This document shows positions 57,322 to 64,000 of a stretch of 64,000 nucleotides of DNA, in pieces. The stretch comes from Nitrososphaera sp. (GTDB lineage Archaea > Thermoproteota > Nitrososphaeria > Nitrososphaerales > Nitrososphaeraceae): positions 6,648-70,647 of the forward strand of contig QCWB01000001.1 in NCBI GenBank assembly GCA_013114715.1, read 5' to 3'. A model generated the notes under the pieces. That model was not told where the DNA came from and made no database searches. It worked only from the letters and a program-made list of their open reading frames with translations. Made by a program: the position numbers and the translations under genes. Position 1 is the stretch's first letter; the number at the start of each line of letters is the position of its first letter.

Positions 57322-58821
57322 TCATGACGCTGGCTGTTTTTCGTCCTCCATCAACATCTTTACCAGGGTCCTGATTCCAAAGCCAGTCGCGCCCTTGGGA
57401 TTGTAGCTTTTCTCAAACGTGCCATCCTGCGTCCAGGCGGTGCCTGCGATATCCATGTGAACCCATGGTGTGCTGTTGACAAAGTTTGACAGAAACGCTG
57501 CAGCAGTTATAGCGCCTCCCGGCCTGCCGCCAATATTCTTGATGTCAGCGTACGTGCTTTTTATCTGCTCGTGGAATTCATCGTACAGGGGCAGATCCCA
57601 CATCTTTTCGCCGGTTTTTTCTGCCAGCCGGCGGATCCGGTCGGTCAATTGCTTGTTGTTTCCAACAAGCGCCGCTACGTTGGAGCCAAGCGCGATTATG
57701 GCAGCGCCAGTCAGAGTGGCCATGTCGACTACTGCCTTTGGACTGTAGGTGGCAATTCCGTAGGCAAGGGCATCTGCAAGTATCATCCTTCCCTCGGCGT
57801 CAGTGTTTAGCACCTCGACGGTCTTGCCATTGTACATCTTGACAATGTCTCCAGGCCTGTACGACGTGCCTGAAGGCATGTTTTCGACTGATGGCACGAT
57901 TCCGACGACGTTTACTGCCAGCTTCATCGACGCCACAGCGCGCATCAAGGCTAGGACGTTGCAGCCGCCGCACTTGTCAAACTTCATTTCGTCCATCTTG
58001 TCTCCCGGCTTGATCGAAATTCCGCCGGTGTCAAAAGTCACTGCCTTGCCTACCAGAAGGTACGGCTTCTGGCCGTCTCCGGCGCCGTTGTATTCTAGGA
58101 TTATCATCTTTGGCGGGTTGTAGCTGCCCTTGCCAACCGCTATGACGCCGCCCATGCCCATGTTCTCCATCTCGTACCGCTCTATGACGCGTACTTTCAT
58201 TCCGTAATCTGATGCCAGGGACAGCGCGGCGCTTGCCAGGTATGCCGGCGGGCAGTCGTTTGGAGGCATGTTGCTTAAGTCCCGGGCAAAGTTGACAGAT
58301 TCTATCACAAAGGCTGCCTTTTCAGCTACTGACTGGAATCTTGGCGAGTCAGAATTGATGAGTATAGTTATGTCTTCTATTTTTGTCGATTCCTTGCTTG
58401 CCTTGTATTTGGCAAACGAGTAAAGCGCGAGGGCCATGCCTTCTGTCATTGCCTCCACGAGCCCCTCATCGAGGTTGGAAAATTGCAGGATAGAAAATTC
58501 CCTTGCTCCAAGCTCCCTGGCCTTGAGCGCTGCTTTGCCAGCGCAGACTCTGGCCAGCTCGTCTGAAAATTTTTCGCGCTTGCCAAGCCCAAGAAGAATT
58601 ATCTTTTTCATGGGGCCTTTGCCAAGCGTGTAGACAAGGATGTTTGAGCCAAAGGTGCCGCGAAACTCCTTGTTGTCCAAGGTTTCCTTGATGTATGCCA
58701 GCACGGAAGGATCAAGCTCTTTTGACTGCTGAAAGTCTTGCTCGTTTTCAAATACGCCGATAACTAGAAGCGGAGTCTGTTTCTGATCAATCTTGGCCTT
58801 CTCGACTTTGATCTGGACCAT
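57322..58821 (-). CDS. pepA: Leucyl aminopeptidase (M17)
   Basis: VGKAVTFDTGG, MKFD, NTDAEGR, ATLTGA, HMDIAG. Confidence 0.96.
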   Translation of the reverse strand: MVQIKVEKAKIDQKQTPLLVIGVFENEQDFQQSKELDPSVLAYIKETLDNKEFRGTFGSNILVYTLGKGPMKKIILLGLGKREKFSDELARVCAGKAALKARELGAREFSILQFSNLDEGLVEAMTEGMALALYSFAKYKASKESTKIEDITILINSDSPRFQSVAEKAAFVIESVNFARDLSNMPPNDCPPAYLASAALSLASDYGMKVRVIERYEMENMGMGGVIAVGKGSYNPPKMIILEYNGAGDGQKPYLLVGKAVTFDTGGISIKPGDKMDEMKFDKCGGCNVLALMRAVASMKLAVNVVGIVPSVENMPSGTSYRPGDIVKMYNGKTVEVLNTDAEGRMILADALAYGIATYSPKAVVDMATLTGAAIIALGSNVAALVGNNKQLTDRIRRLAEKTGEKMWDLPLYDEFHEQIKSTYADIKNIGGRPGGAITAAAFLSNFVNSTPWVHMDIAGTAWTQDGTFEKSYNPKGATGFGIRTLVKMLMEDEKQPAS

Positions 58822-58855
58822 GCCTAAAGACAGAAAGCGGTGTTATTTTAAACGA

Positions 58856-59263
58856 TCAGAAACGGAATACGGCACCGTGGCTGAGCATGGTTACAAGCCG
58901 CTTAAAGACGTTGGTCGGGGTGTAGCAGTCCATGCTTGTGTCGCTGTACTCGCAGACTTTCGCGAACATGTCATCGTTGGTGTTGCTCCGAAACCAGCCG
59001 GTGACTATTTCCGCGGCCAGTCGCGGCAGAGCAGATCTGGCCCCAAACGCGCCGGTCCTGTTTATCAGCCAGAACATTTTAGTCGAGTCGTAATTTGCAG
59101 GAAATACTGCAGACTTGGCCCTCATCGCAACAGAGCGGTAGTGGCCTGCAGTGCGTATCCAGCCGCGTGAGAGCAAGCTGATTGCCTTGGCAAACTTGGT
59201 GCAGGAATAGCATTTATCGTCATAAATGACCAGCGGCCTTGAAAATGTCGACGACAGTGACAC
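58856..59263 (-). CDS. DCC1-like (DUF393) thiol-disulfide oxidoreductase-like protein
   Basis: IYDDKCYSC (DxxCxxC). Confidence 0.7.
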   Translation of the reverse strand: MSLSSTFSRPLVIYDDKCYSCTKFAKAISLLSRGWIRTAGHYRSVAMRAKSAVFPANYDSTKMFWLINRTGAFGARSALPRLAAEIVTGWFRSNTNDDMFAKVCEYSDTSMDCYTPTNVFKRLVTMLSHGAVFRF

Positions 59264-59392
59264 AAGATTACTAACATTCCCAGATTTTTAAACGTTGGTA
59301 GATGCTTTGAGACGGTGTAATCAGGTGGCTTGAGGTACCTTTTTATTTTGCTCGCGGGCAGCAATTTTTGCTGTGGAGCAAGTTACCGTTAG

Positions 59393-61048
59393 GTGATTAA
59401 CATGGGATTAAACATGCGCTACCTAGAATTGAGAAGAAAGATCCGCGAAGTGCGCATGTGGGCCATACAGGGCATTGCAGAGGCAGGCTCGGGCCATCCT
59501 GGAGCGTCGTTTTCCGCAGCCGAGATTATGGGCACTCTGTATTTCAGGAAAATGAGATACGACCCCAAAAACCCTGACCTAGAGGACAGGGATTATTTCA
59601 TTAATTCAAAGGCCCATTCCGCGCCGGGCTATTATTCTACGCTTGCAGTGGCCGGGTTTTTCCCGCCTGAAGAGCTCAAGACCCTCCGCAAACTTGGCTC
59701 AAGGCTGCAGGGTCATCCAGTCAGGCACTCTGAATACCAAAAAAACCACAGCGTGCCGGGTGTAGAGTATTCCGGAGGCTCCCTGGGTATCGGGCTTTCA
59801 GTAGGCATCGGCATCGCTCTGGCCAGCAGGCTTGACAACAAGAAAAGCCGCGTCTACGTCATGATAGGAGACGGCGAAGCAAATGAGGGTCAGGTATGGG
59901 AGGCATCTATGGCCGCGGCCAAGTTCAAGCTGGAAAATTTTGTTGCCATACTTGACAGAAACAGGATTCAGCAGGACGGTTTTGCCGAAGACATCATGCC
60001 CATTGATCCTACCAAAGACAAGTGGGCAGCCTTTAACTGGCAAGTCTTTGAGGTTGACGGCCACAGAGTCGAGCAGATAATGGACGCCCTGGCCAAGGCA
60101 GACGAGACCCACGACAAGCCGGTGATGATAATCGCCAATACCGTAAAGGGAAACGGCATACGACACATGGCGAACAACCCGCAGTGGCACGGCAAGGCCC
60201 CGTCAAAAAAGCAGCTGCCGCTGCTACTTGAGGAGCTTGAAAGCGAATACCTGATTGCCCCGTCCATCATAGCAGGGGTCCGGGAAAACTATGAAGAAAA
60301 GATAAAGCTGGTAGAGCGCGAAGGTGTTGAACTGATACACCTTGACGTCATGGACGGCAAGTTCGTGCCTAACTCGACGTTTCTTGCAGACACGATAAAG
60401 AAGCTTCGACGCGTAACCAGCCTGCCGTTTGACGCGCATCTCATGATAGAAAAGCCGCTTGATCACATCGACGAATACATCGACGCCCGCTGCGACATTG
60501 TTACCGTCCACGCGGAGGCCTGTAACGAAAACGAGTTTGCGCAGATAAAAGACAAGCTGATTGCCGCAGGCATCAGCCCGGGCGTGGCTATCAACCCACC
60601 GACGCAATTCCCGGAATGGCTTTATCCTCACCTCAAGGACATAGACACGGTAACTGTAATGTCCGTGAATCCAGGTTTCTCCGGCCAAAAGTTCATGCCT
60701 GAGGTCCTTCCCAAGATGATGGCCTTAAACAAGGACCTGCGCGAGCGGGGATTTCGCGGCTATATAGAGGCTGACGGCGGCATCGACTCTGTTACCCTGC
60801 AGCAGGTCTACGATGCAGGCGCCAGGATATTTGTCGCCGGCAGCGCCGTTTACAAAAACTCAAACTCTGACATTCACAGTGCAATAATTGAGCTTAGGCA
60901 TGAGGCGGCAGTTACGCTTGAAAGAAAGCTTATAGACCACGCCACCAGACTTGGAGTCCGCAAGGAGTGGATGAACGCCAGAAAGCACATTTTGATCCCG
61001 TATGCTACGAGACTAGGGATAAAAGGAGAGCTCCATGCAATTGAGTAA
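59393..61048 (+). CDS. Transketolase N-terminal subunit fused to ribulose-phosphate 3-epimerase
   Basis: SGHPG, LQGHP, GDGE..EGQVWEA, WHG, then IAPSI, IHLDVMDG.FVPN, DAHLM, MSVNPGFSGQ.F, DGG, VAGS. Confidence 0.93.
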   Translation: MINMGLNMRYLELRRKIREVRMWAIQGIAEAGSGHPGASFSAAEIMGTLYFRKMRYDPKNPDLEDRDYFINSKAHSAPGYYSTLAVAGFFPPEELKTLRKLGSRLQGHPVRHSEYQKNHSVPGVEYSGGSLGIGLSVGIGIALASRLDNKKSRVYVMIGDGEANEGQVWEASMAAAKFKLENFVAILDRNRIQQDGFAEDIMPIDPTKDKWAAFNWQVFEVDGHRVEQIMDALAKADETHDKPVMIIANTVKGNGIRHMANNPQWHGKAPSKKQLPLLLEELESEYLIAPSIIAGVRENYEEKIKLVEREGVELIHLDVMDGKFVPNSTFLADTIKKLRRVTSLPFDAHLMIEKPLDHIDEYIDARCDIVTVHAEACNENEFAQIKDKLIAAGISPGVAINPPTQFPEWLYPHLKDIDTVTVMSVNPGFSGQKFMPEVLPKMMALNKDLRERGFRGYIEADGGIDSVTLQQVYDAGARIFVAGSAVYKNSNSDIHSAIIELRHEAAVTLERKLIDHATRLGVRKEWMNARKHILIPYATRLGIKGELHAIE

Positions 61049-62015
61049 CGCCAAAAAGTTGGCGGACATGAGAGGGGCTTACGGCGAAACCCTAGTCGAG
61101 CTTGGCAAGTCAGACTCGCGCATTGTCTGCGTCGGCGGAGACACCACCGATTCACTAAAGACAAAGAAATTTGGCGACAAGTTCCCAGAGAGGATGTTTA
61201 ACGTTGGAATTGCCGAGGCAAACCTCGTTTCGATTGCCGCCGGCCTTGCAATTGCAGGCAAGATTGCCTTTGCCAGCACGTACGCGGCATTTATCCCCGG
61301 AAGGTGTGTAGATCAGATCCGAAACACGATATGCTACCCGAACCTTGATGTCAAGCTTGTAGTCTCGCACAGCGGCCTGACAGTGGGGCCGGACGGCGCG
61401 TCGCACCAACAGATAGAAGATATGAGCACGACGCGAGCCATGCCCAACATGCGCGTTATATCGCCGGCCGATGCCGTTTCCACCAAGCATTTGATAAGGA
61501 TGGTTGCCACGACTCCAGGGCCGTTTTATGTCCGGCTGGTCAGGCCCGCAACAGGCCTGGTTTATCCAGAGTCAGCTTCAGCAGATCAGTTCAAGCTGGG
61601 CAGGGGAAATATTATTGTCGACGGCTCTGACGCAACCATAATTGCCTGCGGCCTGATGGTTGAAAAGGCAATCGAGGCCGCAGACGTCCTGAAGCGTGAA
61701 AATAGCCTGTCATGCCGCGTAGTTGACATGTTTACAGTCAAGCCAATCGACGTTGACCTAGTTGCCAGATGCGCAGCGCAGACAGGCATGATAGTCACCG
61801 CAGAAGAGCACAACATTATAGGCGGCCTTGGGTCCGCGGTTGCAGAAGCGGCCAGCGAAACAAACCCGGTGCCGATAAAACGCGTTGGCGTGCCAGACAT
61901 GTTTGGCGAGTCTGCCCGTGACGAGGAAGTTGACGACTTGCTTGAAAAGTATGGCCTGACGACAAAAGAAATAGCACGTGCCGTTTTAGAAGTAAGGAGT
62001 AGAATCAAGAAATGA
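61035..62015 (+). CDS. Transketolase C-terminal subunit
   Basis: FNVGIAEAN, GPDGASHQ, EEHNIIGGLGSAV. Confidence 0.95.
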   Translation: MQLSNAKKLADMRGAYGETLVELGKSDSRIVCVGGDTTDSLKTKKFGDKFPERMFNVGIAEANLVSIAAGLAIAGKIAFASTYAAFIPGRCVDQIRNTICYPNLDVKLVVSHSGLTVGPDGASHQQIEDMSTTRAMPNMRVISPADAVSTKHLIRMVATTPGPFYVRLVRPATGLVYPESASADQFKLGRGNIIVDGSDATIIACGLMVEKAIEAADVLKRENSLSCRVVDMFTVKPIDVDLVARCAAQTGMIVTAEEHNIIGGLGSAVAEAASETNPVPIKRVGVPDMFGESARDEEVDDLLEKYGLTTKEIARAVLEVRSRIKK

Positions 62016-62677
62016 AGATCTTTTTGGATACTGCAAATCTAGAATCGATAAAGAAATACAACGACATGGGCCTGGTTGACGGCATCACGACAAACCCGAG
62101 CCTTCTTGCAAAAGAGAAAGGCAACCCGGCCGAAATAATGCGCGAGATAGTAAGGATGGTCAACGGCCCAGTCAGCCTGGAAGTTGTCGGGACCACGGCA
62201 GAAACCATGCTTGAGGAAGCATACAGGCTCAAGAAATACGGCAAAAATGTAGTAGTCAAGATTCCCATGATTGCAGAGGGTCTCAAGGCGGTCAAGAAGC
62301 TAAAGGCAGACGGCATAGAGACCAACGTCACGCTTGTATTCTCGGCCAACCAGGCCATCCTTGCTGCAAAGGCCGGAGCGTCTTATGTCAGCCCGTTTAT
62401 CGGAAGGCTGGACGACAACGGCCAGGATGGCATGAACCTTATCCGGGAAATAGTCCAGATCTTCAAGAATTACCAGTTTGAGACCAACGTGCTTGTGGCA
62501 AGCGTTAGGCACCCGATGCATGTGGTTGATGCCGGCAAGATCGGCGCGCACGTAGTCACGCTGCCGGCAGACATACTTGGCAAGATGATATCCCATCCGC
62601 TTACGGACAAGGGCTTGAGCGCGTTTCTGAGCGACTGGGAAAAGGTAAAGAAGGAAAACCCGAATCTTGTGATCTAG
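62012..62677 (+). CDS. tal: Transaldolase / fructose-6-phosphate aldolase
   Basis: FLDTAN, GITTNPSL, VVKIP, NVTLVFS, YVSPFIGRLDD. Confidence 0.95.
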   Translation: MKIFLDTANLESIKKYNDMGLVDGITTNPSLLAKEKGNPAEIMREIVRMVNGPVSLEVVGTTAETMLEEAYRLKKYGKNVVVKIPMIAEGLKAVKKLKADGIETNVTLVFSANQAILAAKAGASYVSPFIGRLDDNGQDGMNLIREIVQIFKNYQFETNVLVASVRHPMHVVDAGKIGAHVVTLPADILGKMISHPLTDKGLSAFLSDWEKVKKENPNLVI

Positions 62678-62679
62678 GA

Positions 62680-64000
62680 TCAAGACTGCAAGAGCTTGAT
62701 CACTTTTTTTGGCATTTCAGGAAGCCTGCTGACTGCCAGGATTTTTTCAAAGTTCAGGTATTTCAGGTTGTGGCCTATCCCGACAGAGTCGTTTATGTTC
62801 CTGCCAACGCCTATTGCAACCATCTTTATTCCCATCTTTCGGTAGGACATGACCATGCTCCTCACTGCGTCAAAGTCTGACGGCTCGCCATCAGTCAGGG
62901 TCACAAAAATGTCCGGCTTAAACGCCTTTACCACGGGCTGCATCAGGCCGTACACTTCTGCAAGAGGCGTTCCGCCAACTGCCTTTATCTGCGCCAGCCT
63001 TCTTGCGCTTACAAGCGACCATTTTATTTGCGGCGGCTTTATCACCCAGCACTTCACCTGCCTGTTTTCTGTGCTAAACGCATAGACGGCAAATTTCACG
63101 CCAAGGTAATGCAGGGCCTCGCAGAGCGCGATTGTCGCCTGCTTGTATTCCAGCTCCACGTCTGCGATGCTGCTTGAATGGTCCAAAAGAAGCACGACTT
63201 TTGTCTTGATGGACAGCTTGAAATCTGCAAGAAACGGCTTTGGAAGCGAATCTGCCAGGACTTCAACGTCGAGCTCTTCGCCTCTCTCGTCGTGCCTTTC
63301 CACCCAGCCGGTCTTCCAGCCTCGAAATGCTGCCTTGACTTTTTGTATGAGATCCAAGTCGTATATTTTGGTCTCGTCCACGTCCATCTTGTCCGGGATG
63401 CTGAGGCCGAAATTCTCAAGGCTATCGTAGCCCTTGTTCTCGGTCTTTTTGCTTTCCTTTACCAGGGTCTCGAATTCCTGCAAAACATCGTTTCCTTCAT
63501 AAACTTCCTTTGTTTTCTCGTCTGCTTCTTTTTCCTTGCGCTTTGTCTTGACTATTTTTTCTATCTGCTTGAAGATGTCACTCTGGCTAAGCGACGCGCC
63601 GGTCCTTGTCTTTGGCGCGATTATCGGAATCGAGATCAGAGGATCAAGTTCCAGTATTTTTATCAATTTCGGCACGTGTTGCTTTATCCGGTCAGTGCCG
63701 TATCCGTGGTCAATGGCCTCCTTGATTATTTCGTTGGCGTAATCCGTGGCCTTTTGCACTTTTTCCATCTCGCCGCCAAACAACTCGCCTTTTACATAAC
63801 CTGTCAAGAAATACTGCGAAAAGGCCTCTGCTACCTTGTAACGGCCGTAAATCGAGTTTAAAAGCTGCCTAGACATCCACGAGATTCCTTCGTTGAAAAG
63901 GATCTCCTTTTCCATGCCTTCCCAGTCCCGGAGGCCGAGGATCTCTATTCGCTTGGTCTCCAGAGTGTTCAGGATAAACCCGGAGGCATGTTCGTTGCTC
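62680..64000 (-). CDS. vWA domain protein (NorD/CobT-like), start beyond window end
   Basis: MIDAS LLDHSSS, GGTPL, LTDGEP; frame stays open from 63915 to the window end. Confidence 0.85.
   Translation of the reverse strand, partial: SNEHASGFILNTLETKRIEILGLRDWEGMEKEILFNEGISWMSRQLLNSIYGRYKVAEAFSQYFLTGYVKGELFGGEMEKVQKATDYANEIIKEAIDHGYGTDRIKQHVPKLIKILELDPLISIPIIAPKTRTGASLSQSDIFKQIEKIVKTKRKEKEADEKTKEVYEGNDVLQEFETLVKESKKTENKGYDSLENFGLSIPDKMDVDETKIYDLDLIQKVKAAFRGWKTGWVERHDERGEELDVEVLADSLPKPFLADFKLSIKTKVVLLLDHSSSIADVELEYKQATIALCEALHYLGVKFAVYAFSTENRQVKCWVIKPPQIKWSLVSARRLAQIKAVGGTPLAEVYGLMQPVVKAFKPDIFVTLTDGEPSDFDAVRSMVMSYRKMGIKMVAIGVGRNINDSVGIGHNLKYLNFEKILAVSRLPEMPKKVIKLLQS

Overview
Chromosomal segment of a Nitrososphaerota (thaumarchaeal, Nitrososphaera-like) archaeon; the lineage is inferred from the gene set (TBP, fibrillarin/Nop5, aIF6, Rio1/Dim2, ABCE1, Snf7/CdvB, multiple P-II proteins, PhaC, stand-alone 5S rRNA). 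It holds an arsenic module (MIP-arsC-arsM with a divergent HxlR regulator), a phosphate/polyphosphate cluster (CHAD, two tandem thymidylate-kinase-like genes, ppx, sixA, AbrB-PhoU), a DCD-like domain fused to a DNA methyltransferase, a NikR-family regulator facing a znuABC-type operon, and core metabolic and translation genes. There are two accessory patches: ~21.5-26.7 kb (frameshifted cdc6/orc1 with an ORB in its promoter, P-II, FBP aldolase/phosphatase, gene remnants) and ~34.8-38.4 kb (HTH-tyrosine recombinase plus a CBS-permuted NlpC/P60 fusion). Top observations are the probable heteromeric polyphosphate kinase pair, an unannotated covarying RNA hairpin present twice (2632-2711 and 30489-30558), the CBS-amidase and DCD-methylase fusions, a PhaE-like/PhaC fusion and a MurI homologue with both catalytic Cys replaced by Ser. 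No CRISPR array or tRNA was seen. All calls come from reading motifs by eye; no database searches were run.
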